Shown piece by piece: positions 1 through 9,631 of a stretch of DNA of 21,583 nucleotides (position 1 is the stretch's first letter; every line of letters begins with the position of its first letter). A program made the position numbers and the translations under genes. The notes under the pieces were generated by a model, which was not told the DNA's origin, did not search any database, and saw only the letters and a program-made list of their open reading frames with translations. Origin of the DNA: Archangium sp. (GTDB lineage Bacteria; Myxococcota; Myxococcia; Myxococcales; Myxococcaceae); the NCBI GenBank assembly GCA_031367385.1, contig JANLPS010000474.1:1-21583 (forward strand), given 5' to 3'.

Positions 1-547
1 CCCCCAAAATCACCTGCTCGACGATGACGCCTTCTGGGTTGAGGGCCGACGAGAGCAACAGGCGCCCGTCTTCAGCGGCCTTGAAGCGCCGATCAGCTTC
101 GTAGAACTCTTCGCTCTTGAGCTTGTTGAGCGCGTCACGCACGTAGGCCCGAACGCCAGGGCGAACCAATCGAGCCTCGACGTCTTCGGTGTTGTCGCCG
201 ACCTTCATCAAGATGTGAGGCGCCTGGGCGGGGTCGATGCGCCACGCCACGGTGATGTCGACTGAGATGTCATTGCCGTCGGTCGTCTTGAACTCGACGT
301 CGTCGCCGCTCTCTTTGGTCATGCGCAGGTTCTGCAGCTTGGTCTCGAAGGTCGACCAGTCAGTCGTACCGATGGTGAAGAAGTAGGTACCACCCGAGGC
401 ATAGATTTCGTCTTGAACGCCCTTCTTGCCGAACGGAGCGACCTTGCGGGTCAGCACGCCCACCTCGTTCGCCGCTGTCGAATGACAAGTGCAGCCCGAG
501 ACCGACATCACGGCCAACAGCACGAGGGCCCACGCGGCTCGCATCAT
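1..547 (-). CDS. SPFH/band 7/prohibitin-family protein with lipoprotein-type signal; C-terminus runs off the window (absent from the ORF track)
   Basis: Hand translation from the ATG at 547, which overlaps the upstream TGA (ATGA): MMRAAWALVLLAVMSVSGCTCHSTAANEVGV...VEFKTTDGNDISVDITVAWRIDP...LVRPGVRAYVRDALNKLKSEEFY...EGVIVEQVILG. It is open to the window edge and is paralogous to the upstream SPFH (KTTDGNDISVDITV vs QTSEGYTVSVDITV). Lipobox VSGC. Confidence 0.9.
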   Translation of the reverse strand, partial: MMRAAWALVLLAVMSVSGCTCHSTAANEVGVLTRKVAPFGKKGVQDEIYASGGTYFFTIGTTDWSTFETKLQNLRMTKESGDDVEFKTTDGNDISVDITVAWRIDPAQAPHILMKVGDNTEDVEARLVRPGVRAYVRDALNKLKSEEFYEADRRFKAAEDGRLLLSSALNPEGVIVEQVILG

Positions 548-1602
548 GGCGCGCTCCCGACGTCGAAGCGCTTGATCATCGCGTTGAGGTCGAGCGGGTT
601 GGTGCCGCCTTCGCCATCGCTGGGCAAGACGATCACTTGAATGCCCCTGAGCGCCTCGGCCATCTTCAAGCCCACCATGTTTTCACTCCCGCCAACACGC
701 AGCGCCTTGTTCTCGAGCTCGGTACCGGTGGCCTTGGCAAGCTCGACCTTCAGTCGCCCTTCGGCTTCTTTGGTGCGCTTGTAGAGGTCGGCCTCAGACT
801 GAATTTTTCTCACCTCTGCCTCGCCGCGTGAAAGCTCGGTTTGAACCAACGCCGCCCCAGTGGCGACGATGGTATTCTTCTTCGCTTCTTCTTGTGCCGC
901 GGCGGCTTCTGCGCGGTTCTTGAACACGGTCTGGTCTTGAATTTTTCGGCTCTCGATGGCCGCCTGGTAACGCTGGTCGTAGCGGTACTGGCGCACCAAG
1001 ACGTGCGTGACCCGAATGCCCTTCGGAGACAGCTCATCGGTCAACAACGTCTGCGCGTCGGTGGCTGCCTTCTCTCGAAAGTTGCCTTGGTAAAACTGCT
1101 CCGCATCGAGCTCTCCGAACTTGCGGCGCAGCTGCTGTTCAGCCCGGGGAATGACGGCGGAGTCTTCGTACAACCGGCCCGGCCCGATTTGCGTCATCAC
1201 CTTGTAGGCATCTTCGATGCGGTACAGCACCGTGATGTCGACCGACACCGTGTACCCCTCTGAGGTCTGAATCTTGATCGCCGGCACCTGGCGCCGGTTG
1301 GTGGTGGGCTCGTGGTTGCCTGACGAGTCGCTCATCTCGAGCACCTGCAAGTCAGCCGGGAAAGTGTGCATGCGGTCGACGCCAGGCAACAACAGGTGGA
1401 GCCCGGGAGGGTAGATGTCGGGCTGGATGCCCTGCCCACTGCCCAGCACGACTTGCTTGAGCGCGTATTGGCCGGGCCGCACGTACACCGTGCACCCGAA
1501 GTACGTGAAGGCCGCCACGCTGAGCACCGCGATCAACGGCCACAACACCCGAGACCAGCGCTTCAAAAACGCCGGCACTGGTGCCAGCTGGCGATCTGCC
1601 AT
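544..1602 (-). CDS. SPFH/band 7 (HflK/HflC/prohibitin-like) membrane protein
   Basis: 352 aa with an N-terminal TM segment, SPFH motifs (VRPGQYAL, YPPGLHLLLP, TSEGYTVSVDITVLYRI, GIRVTHVLVR) and an Ala/Glu-rich C-terminal coiled coil. GGAG RBS upstream. Confidence 0.92.
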   Translation of the reverse strand: MADRQLAPVPAFLKRWSRVLWPLIAVLSVAAFTYFGCTVYVRPGQYALKQVVLGSGQGIQPDIYPPGLHLLLPGVDRMHTFPADLQVLEMSDSSGNHEPTTNRRQVPAIKIQTSEGYTVSVDITVLYRIEDAYKVMTQIGPGRLYEDSAVIPRAEQQLRRKFGELDAEQFYQGNFREKAATDAQTLLTDELSPKGIRVTHVLVRQYRYDQRYQAAIESRKIQDQTVFKNRAEAAAAQEEAKKNTIVATGAALVQTELSRGEAEVRKIQSEADLYKRTKEAEGRLKVELAKATGTELENKALRVGGSENMVGLKMAEALRGIQVIVLPSDGEGGTNPLDLNAMIKRFDVGSAP

Positions 1603-1603
1603 G

Positions 1604-2200
1604 TCACTCCCCTACTTTCGTTTTCGATTGCGATTCGGTGCGTTGATCATCGACGGGTGAGCCGTCTTCCATCAGCGGGCGGTAGACTTCGTGGGCACCC
1701 GCTTCGTCGCGCATGTCGTCGACCAGCGAGGCGAGCTTCGAACGGTAGCGTCGCTTGGCAAACCACGCCTGGAGGTCGGGGATGAACGGGCCTCCGATGA
1801 AAAACGCCAAGGGCAGCGGCTCGAGCAGCTTCGGCAACCCGGTGCGAAGCACGATCACCGACACCACGAGCCCCCCGGCCGCGTAGGCGATGCGAGAGAC
1901 GAGGTCCCCTCCGCGCCAGAGGCCGTACTTCTGTGCTTCGAGCTGTTGTTCGTCACGGGCGAGCGTGAAGTAGCGCGGCAGGGCGACGGTCAACACGAGG
2001 CTCTCGAGGCGCTGCCAATAGGGCTTGTCATCGGCGAGCTCGGCGAATTGGCGGCCGGCCTCGACGAGTGCTTCTTGGGCGTCTCGAGTGAGCTTGGCCT
2101 CGACCTCACCAGACCATGCAGCGTGCGCTCCGCGACGGCGTTCGAGCACGGCCAGCACGTGGGCCGTCAGCGCTGAGAGTTGGTATCGGGCGGGGTACAC
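1604..2200 (-). CDS. Hypothetical membrane protein (helical N-terminus, two hydrophobic segments); first gene of the SPFH operon
   Basis: 198 aa, GTG start. Hydrophobic stretches IAYAAGGLVVSVIVL and LLEPLPLAFFIGGPFIP. The stop lies 1 nt before the SPFH ATG and its 3' end carries the SPFH RBS. Confidence 0.8.
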   Translation of the reverse strand: MYPARYQLSALTAHVLAVLERRRGAHAAWSGEVEAKLTRDAQEALVEAGRQFAELADDKPYWQRLESLVLTVALPRYFTLARDEQQLEAQKYGLWRGGDLVSRIAYAAGGLVVSVIVLRTGLPKLLEPLPLAFFIGGPFIPDLQAWFAKRRYRSKLASLVDDMRDEAGAHEVYRPLMEDGSPVDDQRTESQSKTKVGE

Positions 2201-2302
2201 CAGCGAGGCTTCGTACTTGGCAACGCTGCGAGTGTCGACCGGCGTCTGGCGGCCATTGAATACGCTGTTGCTTCAACAGCATCTGGGTGTAACCGCCCCC
2301 CG

Positions 2303-2326
2303 AAACGCCACGGCCGTCGACCGTGG
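2303..2326 (-). terminator. Weak candidate intrinsic terminator after the giant lipoprotein gene
   Basis: CCACGG-N7-CCGTGG stem starting 3 nt after the TAG, followed on the minus strand by CGTTT. The U-tract is short. Confidence 0.25.
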
Positions 2327-2329
2327 TGC

Positions 2330-5300
2330 CTATTCGAGCTCCAAGATGTACAGCTTCGGCGAGTTGTTGCTGATCGGCTGGAGGTAGACCTTCGACCCGG
2401 CCACCGCCAGGCCGGTGCGCTGGTACCGCGAGCTGGGGTCGCCGGGAGGCGAGCATGACGTGGTGGTCGAGCCCGCGAGCGAGAAGTAGCCCACCGGGTT
2501 CAGCGTCGTGGGGCCCGGTGACGTGTCGAAAGCCACCAGCGCCTGCCCTTGCCCGAAGTTGCTGAACAGCCCCGGCGCCGCGATGACGGTCGACCCGGTC
2601 ACTTGCAGGTCATCGAAGGCGAACCCGACGAAGGCCGAGACCGAGCCCGTGCCATCGGCGACGGTCAGCGGGTCAGGGTCGGTGACGGCCGCGGCGGGTA
2701 TCGCCCACACGCCGCGCGTCGAGGCCACGTAGAGGGTGTCGAGCGACAAGGTGGCGGTTCTCGGTATCGCGCCGCCGCCGTCGGGAGCGAAGGGCATGGC
2801 GAAGTTCGCCTGCACGCTGCTCGCCGAGAGGCTCGTCGCGGCGTTGTCATCGAAGGCCGAGCGCAGGTCGACCGCGAAGACACGGCCTCCGTTGATCGAG
2901 AAAGCAAGGTTCTCTTGGTAGCTGACGACCGCGTACCCCTGGCTCAACGTCAGCGAAGCGTTTCGCGCGGGGTCTGCGAAGGGGGCGTTGTACACCTGCA
3001 ACGAGGCGAGCGGCGCCGCGAGTGAGAGCGAGGTCGCGACGAGGTGGTCTCGAAGCGGGCGGGCGTCGTACACCTCGAGCCAGACGCTCTGGTTGCCGCG
3101 AAACTCGACCACGACCAGGTAGTTGCCGTACGCCGCGACGTCGGTGATGCGGGCCGCCGAGGGGTGGGCGACGCAGTAGTCGTTCGAGGGTGGCGCGGTG
3201 CAGCCGCCGATGCTCGCACCCATGGTGGTCGCGGGGTTGCGATCGAGCATGCTCTCGAAGTCGATCACCCGCAGGTTGCTGCCGTAGGCCTGCACCTCGA
3301 TGTCGTCGAAGTGCGCCGAGCCGGTGGTGCAGAAGTTCACGTAGACGCCGTCACTCACCGCGGTCGGCGTCGAGCCTGCGTGCAGGTCGAAGACCGTCGG
3401 CCGGCCCGGTATCACGACGAAGCCCGGGCGTACTTCGGGGCGGCCGTAGCTGCTGCTCGACACCACGTTTTCGACGCTGAACCCGCGCGGCGTCGCGAGC
3501 TCGAAGACCGAGATCGACGGCACCTGGCCAGCGCTGAAGTTGTTGCCGTTGGCGAGCACCGCCGCGTAGTTGCCGAAAGTGACCACGTGCGACGGGTTCG
3601 GAGCCGACAGGTCATACGAGGTGAGCAGTGGAGCGCTCACCGTCAGGTCGCGCGCGTCGTAGATGCGAAACGCGCCAGTGAGCGCGTCGGGCACGAGCAG
3701 TTGGTCTCCATCAACCGAGTACCGCAGCGAGCTTGAGACTCCGCCGACGCTGATCAGCCCAGATGACGCAGCCACGGTGCCCGCCCAGAATGGGGCGAGG
3801 GGCAGTATCTGCACCTGCGAGGTGGTGAAGTTCGTGAAGTACCCGTAGTTGCCGCTGACCGCCGACTTCGAGATGAATTGCAGATAGGGAGGCGGCGCGG
3901 ACGGGTACGCCTGATTGAACAACACGTCGCCCACGCTCCAGACCGTGCCGGCGTTCGAGTCGAGCGCGTCATCGAGCCGAATATCGACCCACGGCTGAAA
4001 CCCATTGTAGTCGCCGTTCACCAGCACGTTGCGAGTGGCGAAGGAGGCGCCGAACCCGGTGACCCCGGCGGCGACGGTGCCGTTGTCAGCCGCGGGGGAA
4101 GCCGGCACGGTGGCTGCGTTGTTGTCGAACAAGGTGCTCAGCTTGAATGAGTAGTTGTTGCCAGTGGTCGAGAGAAACAGCGTGTCGCCCAGTAGCTCCA
4201 TCATGGGCAGGTGCGTCGAGGCGGGCACGGTGAGCGTCGCCTTGAGCACCGGCGCCGACCGCACCGAGATGTCGAAGATGCGAACCGTCGACCCCGCCGA
4301 CCAGAAGAGAAACGGTGGGCTCACGCGAATCTCCATCTGCTCGGAAGTCGAGGCCGAGCAGAGGTAGGTGTTGCTCACCGTCAGCGAGCTGACCTGCACC
4401 GGCGAGGTGACCGCGTTGATGGTGCCGTTTTGAACCGGCGCGACGAGGCGTCGCAGGTCGTAGGTCATCAGCTTCAGGTCACCTGGAGTGCCCTGGCAGT
4501 TTTGAAAGATGCCCACCGGCGTGTGGTACGAGCCACCGACGTAGAGGTACCCATCGAAGTACTGCTCGGTGAATGAGTGCGAGACGCCCGCCACCGTGAA
4601 CGAGGCCACCAGGTTGGGTGAGACCGTGTTCGAGGTCATTTGAATGACTCCGGCATCGAGCGGCGCCCGGTTGCCTGCGCGATCGACGGGGATGACTTGC
4701 ACGTAGGTCGATGAGCCATTGACCAGGCCAGACAACGTCGTCGACATCGTGTCGCCGTTGGCGGGCACTCGAATGGGGGAGGTGCCTTCGTTGGCGTAGG
4801 CGCCGCTGAGCGGAGTGATCGGTGTGACGTTGTAGTAGAGCTCGTAGTGCTCGATGTCTCCAGCGTCGGGCTTCTGCCAGTACACCGCCGAGCGCAGGTT
4901 GCCGTTGTCGACCCACCGGCGATCGACGATCGCGGGCTCGGGTGCGTTGGTGTCGGCGGTGATGAGCACCGATGATTCGGCGCTGGCATTGCCGGCCCGG
5001 TCGACGGCGCGCAACCTCAGCTCGTTGCGGTACCCCTCTTCCGAGCCATCATTCTGAATCGGCAGCGCGAAGCGGGTGCCGGTGGGGGTGACGGCCGTCC
5101 AGCTCGTGGCGGTGCCTCCGAGGCGCTCGTACCCTTTGAAGTTGGTGTCGGTCGAAGCGGTGGCGATGTCGACGGTCGCACTCTGGCCAGCGGCGAGCTG
5201 CAGGTACGAGTCACCCGTGGTGATCACCGGCCGGGTCGGCGCCGTCTGATCGAGCACCACCGACGACGAGAGCACCGACGAGGTGTTGCCCGCGGCGTCT

Positions 5301-8300
5301 GAGAACTGCGCGCAGACGAAGTGGGTGCCTTGCGTGGTGTTGAGCACCATCGTCAGGGCGCTCGTCGTTGCTTGCGACGAGGCCGTGCTCAACGCAGCTG
5401 TACACGCCGGGCTGCTCACGGCGCTCTCGGCGAGCTGCATCGTCGCGGCCCCAGTGATGGTCGTGAATTGCACCGTCACCACGGGAGAATTCACGAAGCC
5501 CGGGTCACCGGTCGGAGAGACGGCCGGGGCCGAGCCGGTCGGCGCCACGGTGTCGGCGATGATGGTGTCGCTGGCGTAGGCCTCGTTGCCGAGCGCATCG
5601 CGAAACCGGGCGTAGATGCGCTGAGTGCCGTCGGTGCTCACGGGCAGTGAGTATGTGCGCGGGTTGTTGGCAGGCAACGAGAGGAAGTTGGTCGCGCCGG
5701 TGGTGACGTCGACGGCCCACTCGGTGGCTCCCGAAGCCGACCCGGTCAAGCTGAGCGAGAACGCTCCGGCGACGATTTGCGAGGCGTTCAGGTAAGGCGC
5801 ATCGGCGTTGATCAGCACGGTGGCACCGCTGGGCGCGGTGGTGTCGACCGTCATCGTGGCCAGCGCGAGCGCGCCAACGTTTCTCGCCGCATCGCGTACG
5901 CAGCCTCGAACCGTCTTCGCACCGTCGACAGCCGAGAGGGCGAGCGGAGAGAGCGCCGAGATCGATCTCCAGGCATACGCGCCAGTGTTGGTGCACGCGA
6001 TGGCGGTGACAGATTCAATGACCGCGATTTCGACCAGCGGCTCTGAGCACCCTGCCGTGGCCGCGGTCACGCTTGCGCTGGCCGTCAACCCGGCGGGCGC
6101 GGTGGTGCCATCGACCTTGGTGCCGGTGAGCTGCAACGTGCAGCCGGTGGGTGCGGTCGAGTCGACCGCGATCGAGACCGGCGCCATCAAGACCGAGTTA
6201 CCGGCTGCGTCGAGCAAGCACCCCGCGACGGTCGCCGTACCGCTCGTGACGCCCAACGGGTAGCTCTGCAACGACGGGTCGAAGAGCGAGAGGTAGCTCG
6301 CCGACGCCGCCGGGCAGGCCGCGAGCGCAGAGGTGGTGAAGTACACGCGATCGGCGCCCAGGTGACTGAGCGCAATCTTGACCGAAGTCGCCGAGGTGAC
6401 CGCCGATGACGTCGTGCCATCGGCGAGCGCGCCAGTCAGCGTGAAGCTGCCCGCGGGCGCTTGCGTATCGAGCTCGACGGTGAGGTCGGTCGCCGCGCTG
6501 ATGTTGCCCGCGGCGTCTTTGAAGCGAACGTGCAACGCAGAGACGCCCTGCACAGCCGGCAAGGTGAACGGCAGCGTGCCCGTGACGGTCGTCGTGCTGG
6601 TCGGTGGGAGCTGCGTCAGCGTGCCACCGACGTCGAGCAAGACCGCCGCGGTCGGTGACAGCTCGCGCTCATCGCTTGCCGTCGCGAGCAACGAGCCCGC
6701 GGTCGAATTCGTCGGTGTCGCACTGGCGAGACCCACCAGCCGGGTCGCAGGCAACAACGGCGCGGGCGCGACGCGGTCGAGCGTGATGGTCGCGGTCTGT
6801 GGGGCCGACAGGTTGCCCGCCGAGTCGATGAACCGGTACGAGACCGTTTTGAGGCCATCGCTTGCCGCATCGAGAAACCAGCCGACGCCTGCAGCGACGG
6901 GCACTGGCGTCGCCGTATCGAGATCTGCGACCGAGTTCGCGAGTCGCACGCGCACGGTGCCTGCGTTGGGCTCTGGGTTCGCGGAGACCTGCAGCACGAC
7001 CAGGGCGCTGTTCGTGTACCCGTCTTTGGTCGCGTCGCTGCCCCTCAAGATGCTCAAGGTGCCGGTCGGTGCGGTGACGTCGACGACCGTGGTGGCCCAG
7101 GCCGGGGCACTCACGTTGCCCGCGTTGTCGATGAGCTGCGCGTACAGCGTGACGGGGCCTTCGCCCGACGTCGGTCTGGTGAAGGCGTCATCGCGGCGAT
7201 ACGAAAGCCGGGGGCCGCCGAGGTTGCCGCTCGCATCGACCGTCGCGCTGAGCGAGAGCCGCATGAATGACACGCCCGACGACGCCGTACCCACCGTGGC
7301 CGGGTCGCTGCCCGACAACGAGAACGGCAGCGGGTTCGAGAGCGAGGTGAAGGCCGCTCCACCGGCCAAGGTCAACGCGAGGTCGGTCGGCGCGGTGACA
7401 TCGAGCACCACTGAGGCCGTCAAGACCGGGCCGAGGGTGCCGAGGTTGTCGCGCAGCTGCAGGAAGATGGTCTTCTCGCCTTCGCTCGGGCTCAGGGTGA
7501 AGGCGATACCGGTGCCTCCGTCGGCGCCGTAGGGCAAGAAGGGCAGCCCTGCCGCCGCGGGGTCGGTCTCGGCCGCGCGGTATTCGGCGACCGCGGTCGG
7601 GTTGTTGACCAACAATTGAACGCCTCTGACGCGCGTGAACCCCGGCGTGTTGGTCGCGTCTTGGTCGTCGATGACGAAATCGCCTTGAATGCGAATCAAC
7701 TTCGCCAGCGCCGGAACAGTGACCGGCTCATCGGCCTTCACCGTGAACGTGCCGCTCGAGACACTGCGATACCCGGTGCGAATGGCGGTGAGCGTGTAGA
7801 CGCCGACCGGTACCTGGGCGATGCGAAAGGTGCCCTTGGCGGGCTCGAGCGCCGATGGGGCCGCGAGCGCTGAGTATGAGGTGCCATCGAGAAAAACGGT
7901 GACGTCGCGCAGCGGGCTAGCGTCGACCATCTCGACGGTGCCGATGACGTCTCCGCGATCGAGCGCGAGCCCGACGTCGGCGATGGCGGTGGTCTCACCG
8001 GGCACCACGGTGACGCTCAAGGCCCCCGTGCGCACGTGCAGGCCCGTGGCAGCGAAGGTGAGCACCCGCGCGCCGCCGGGGAGGCCACCGAGCGTGAAGG
8101 CGCCGTCGGTCGCGGTGATGGTCGAGGCTCCGGTGTCTGAGAAAATGGTCACGTTCGGAGCGGGGACGGTGACGTTGCTGCCGTCGACCTCTTTGACGAC
8201 CACGCCGGCGACACGGCCCGGGTTGAGGGCCAGCACCAGGGCGTTGTCGGGCAGCGCAGTCTCGGCCTTCGAGGCCACTGTGATGTCGGCGATGACGGCG

Positions 8301-8842
8301 GTGACGAATGAGGGGTGCGAGGCGCGGACGGTGTACTTGCCAGGAGGCAGCTGCAGCGCGAACAGCCCCGACGCACCGAGCGCCGTCGTGCCGATGAGGC
8401 CCATGCCGGGCTGCACGAGCGCTTCGATGGTGCCGCCTTGCACGAGCTTGCCGTCGGTGCCGTCGACGTGCACGGTGCCGCGCAAGGTGCCGGCGAGCTC
8501 GGGGTCGATTGCTTCGCTGTAGAGCGTCAGCTCGCCCAGGTCGCGGGTCTGCCCGCTCGAGACGGTGAAGACCTTCTCGAGCGGCAGAAACTTCGTGACG
8601 GTGACGTTGAGTGACCACAACCCGGTGCTCAGGCCGTTCGCCGAAAAGGCTCCGGCGGCGTCGGTTGTGACTGGAGAGCTCGCCCCACCCTCCGCGGTGA
8701 GCACCACCGTCGCGCCGACCAGCGGGCCGGCCTTCGAGCGCAGAGAGCCACGCACGGCTCCGACTTTGGGCGCGGGCAGGTCGAGATCGAGGCATGAGCT
8801 GAGCACCACGGCGAGCAGCGCGAATGAGAAACGGGCGTTCAT
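2330..8842 (-). CDS. Giant (~2170 aa) surface lipoprotein/adhesin-like protein: 4 carboxypeptidase-regulatory-like beta-sandwiches, ~9-10 Ig/FN3-like repeats and a C-terminal beta-propeller-like region
   Basis: True start placed at the ATG at 8842 (GGGGAGGCAC-ATG RBS; MNARFSFALLAVVLSSC lipobox). Four GxxxGxV...GxFxxxxLPxGxY-type units. Recurrent DxAGNxS...xDxTAP units (VLDVTAP, VVDVTAP, TLDRVAP, ELDTQAP, AVDSTAP, TVDTTAP, IADTVAP, VLDQTAP, TADTNAP). The C-terminus has LVIVD-like strands (VRIFDIS, FRIYDAR, LRVIDF, VFAVDL). Confidence 0.9.
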   Translation of the reverse strand: MNARFSFALLAVVLSSCLDLDLPAPKVGAVRGSLRSKAGPLVGATVVLTAEGGASSPVTTDAAGAFSANGLSTGLWSLNVTVTKFLPLEKVFTVSSGQTRDLGELTLYSEAIDPELAGTLRGTVHVDGTDGKLVQGGTIEALVQPGMGLIGTTALGASGLFALQLPPGKYTVRASHPSFVTAVIADITVASKAETALPDNALVLALNPGRVAGVVVKEVDGSNVTVPAPNVTIFSDTGASTITATDGAFTLGGLPGGARVLTFAATGLHVRTGALSVTVVPGETTAIADVGLALDRGDVIGTVEMVDASPLRDVTVFLDGTSYSALAAPSALEPAKGTFRIAQVPVGVYTLTAIRTGYRSVSSGTFTVKADEPVTVPALAKLIRIQGDFVIDDQDATNTPGFTRVRGVQLLVNNPTAVAEYRAAETDPAAAGLPFLPYGADGGTGIAFTLSPSEGEKTIFLQLRDNLGTLGPVLTASVVLDVTAPTDLALTLAGGAAFTSLSNPLPFSLSGSDPATVGTASSGVSFMRLSLSATVDASGNLGGPRLSYRRDDAFTRPTSGEGPVTLYAQLIDNAGNVSAPAWATTVVDVTAPTGTLSILRGSDATKDGYTNSALVVLQVSANPEPNAGTVRVRLANSVADLDTATPVPVAAGVGWFLDAASDGLKTVSYRFIDSAGNLSAPQTATITLDRVAPAPLLPATRLVGLASATPTNSTAGSLLATASDERELSPTAAVLLDVGGTLTQLPPTSTTTVTGTLPFTLPAVQGVSALHVRFKDAAGNISAATDLTVELDTQAPAGSFTLTGALADGTTSSAVTSATSVKIALSHLGADRVYFTTSALAACPAASASYLSLFDPSLQSYPLGVTSGTATVAGCLLDAAGNSVLMAPVSIAVDSTAPTGCTLQLTGTKVDGTTAPAGLTASASVTAATAGCSEPLVEIAVIESVTAIACTNTGAYAWRSISALSPLALSAVDGAKTVRGCVRDAARNVGALALATMTVDTTAPSGATVLINADAPYLNASQIVAGAFSLSLTGSASGATEWAVDVTTGATNFLSLPANNPRTYSLPVSTDGTQRIYARFRDALGNEAYASDTIIADTVAPTGSAPAVSPTGDPGFVNSPVVTVQFTTITGAATMQLAESAVSSPACTAALSTASSQATTSALTMVLNTTQGTHFVCAQFSDAAGNTSSVLSSSVVLDQTAPTRPVITTGDSYLQLAAGQSATVDIATASTDTNFKGYERLGGTATSWTAVTPTGTRFALPIQNDGSEEGYRNELRLRAVDRAGNASAESSVLITADTNAPEPAIVDRRWVDNGNLRSAVYWQKPDAGDIEHYELYYNVTPITPLSGAYANEGTSPIRVPANGDTMSTTLSGLVNGSSTYVQVIPVDRAGNRAPLDAGVIQMTSNTVSPNLVASFTVAGVSHSFTEQYFDGYLYVGGSYHTPVGIFQNCQGTPGDLKLMTYDLRRLVAPVQNGTINAVTSPVQVSSLTVSNTYLCSASTSEQMEIRVSPPFLFWSAGSTVRIFDISVRSAPVLKATLTVPASTHLPMMELLGDTLFLSTTGNNYSFKLSTLFDNNAATVPASPAADNGTVAAGVTGFGASFATRNVLVNGDYNGFQPWVDIRLDDALDSNAGTVWSVGDVLFNQAYPSAPPPYLQFISKSAVSGNYGYFTNFTTSQVQILPLAPFWAGTVAASSGLISVGGVSSSLRYSVDGDQLLVPDALTGAFRIYDARDLTVSAPLLTSYDLSAPNPSHVVTFGNYAAVLANGNNFSAGQVPSISVFELATPRGFSVENVVSSSSYGRPEVRPGFVVIPGRPTVFDLHAGSTPTAVSDGVYVNFCTTGSAHFDDIEVQAYGSNLRVIDFESMLDRNPATTMGASIGGCTAPPSNDYCVAHPSAARITDVAAYGNYLVVVEFRGNQSVWLEVYDARPLRDHLVATSLSLAAPLASLQVYNAPFADPARNASLTLSQGYAVVSYQENLAFSINGGRVFAVDLRSAFDDNAATSLSASSVQANFAMPFAPDGGGAIPRTATLSLDTLYVASTRGVWAIPAAAVTDPDPLTVADGTGSVSAFVGFAFDDLQVTGSTVIAAPGLFSNFGQGQALVAFDTSPGPTTLNPVGYFSLAGSTTTSCSPPGDPSSRYQRTGLAVAGSKVYLQPISNNSPKLYILELE

Positions 8843-8968
8843 GTGCCTCCCCAAGAAGAAGCGGAGCCTAGACCGTCGCCGCAGCGGCACCCGCGTTTGT
8901 GCGCGTGTGAGGAGATGTGCTCCGAAGTAGCTCAGACAACTCGATCGCTCGACACGCGCAAGCGGACT

Positions 8969-9631
8969 ATGCCTCCCGGCGTGCTCGACTCGTGCCTCAT
9001 CATGGCCCTGATGGTTGCCTCGGTCCCCGATTCGGTTTTCGACAACCCCGCCCCGTGGAAAGAGAGTGCGATCGACGGAGAGCTGAAATTCGAAGAGCGG
9101 CCAATCAAAGACAGCCCTTTCAGCGAATACCGGCTGACGACCACCACCGATGTCTCGGTCGAGGCGCTCTGCAAAGAGGTCTTCGAAATGACCACCAAAG
9201 ACAAGGCCGCCAGCTCTGGCATCAAGGTGAAGCTGCTCATTCGCGATGGCGACGATGAGCGCTTGGTCTACACGCAAATCGAGAAACCGCTGGTCAGCTT
9301 GCGTGACTACGCACTGACCGTGCGCAAAGAAACGCTCGAGGGCGGCGCGTGCCGCATCAGGTTCAAGACGACCAACGAAGAAGCCCCGAAAAAGCCCGAC
9401 GAGGCCGTGCGCATCGAGACGATGTGGGGGGGCTGGCTCTTCGAGGCGCAGCCGGGCCGCAAGACCAAGCTGACCTATTTGATCTTCGCTGACCCAGCCG
9501 GTTCGGTACCGGCCTTCATCGTGCACGGAGGCCAGAAAAAGGCTGCAAAAGAGAGCGTGCTGCTGGCAATCGAGAAGGCCAAGACGATCGATGCCGCGCT
9601 CGGCTCGACGGCGCCGCAGCGAGCCCCCTGA
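8969..9631 (+). CDS. START/SRPBCC-family lipid-binding protein, probably exported
   Basis: START-type motifs PLVSLRDY, GGWLFE and TKLTYLIFADPAGSVPAFIV. The N-terminus is hydrophobic. The start is uncertain (ATG 8969, GTG 8981 or ATG 9002). Confidence 0.85.
   Translation: MPPGVLDSCLIMALMVASVPDSVFDNPAPWKESAIDGELKFEERPIKDSPFSEYRLTTTTDVSVEALCKEVFEMTTKDKAASSGIKVKLLIRDGDDERLVYTQIEKPLVSLRDYALTVRKETLEGGACRIRFKTTNEEAPKKPDEAVRIETMWGGWLFEAQPGRKTKLTYLIFADPAGSVPAFIVHGGQKKAAKESVLLAIEKAKTIDAALGSTAPQRAP

Noticed and set aside
1..1602. Assigning gene symbols hflK/hflC to the SPFH pair
   Set aside because: Family membership is clear but orthology cannot be established by eye, and no hflX/ftsH context is visible.
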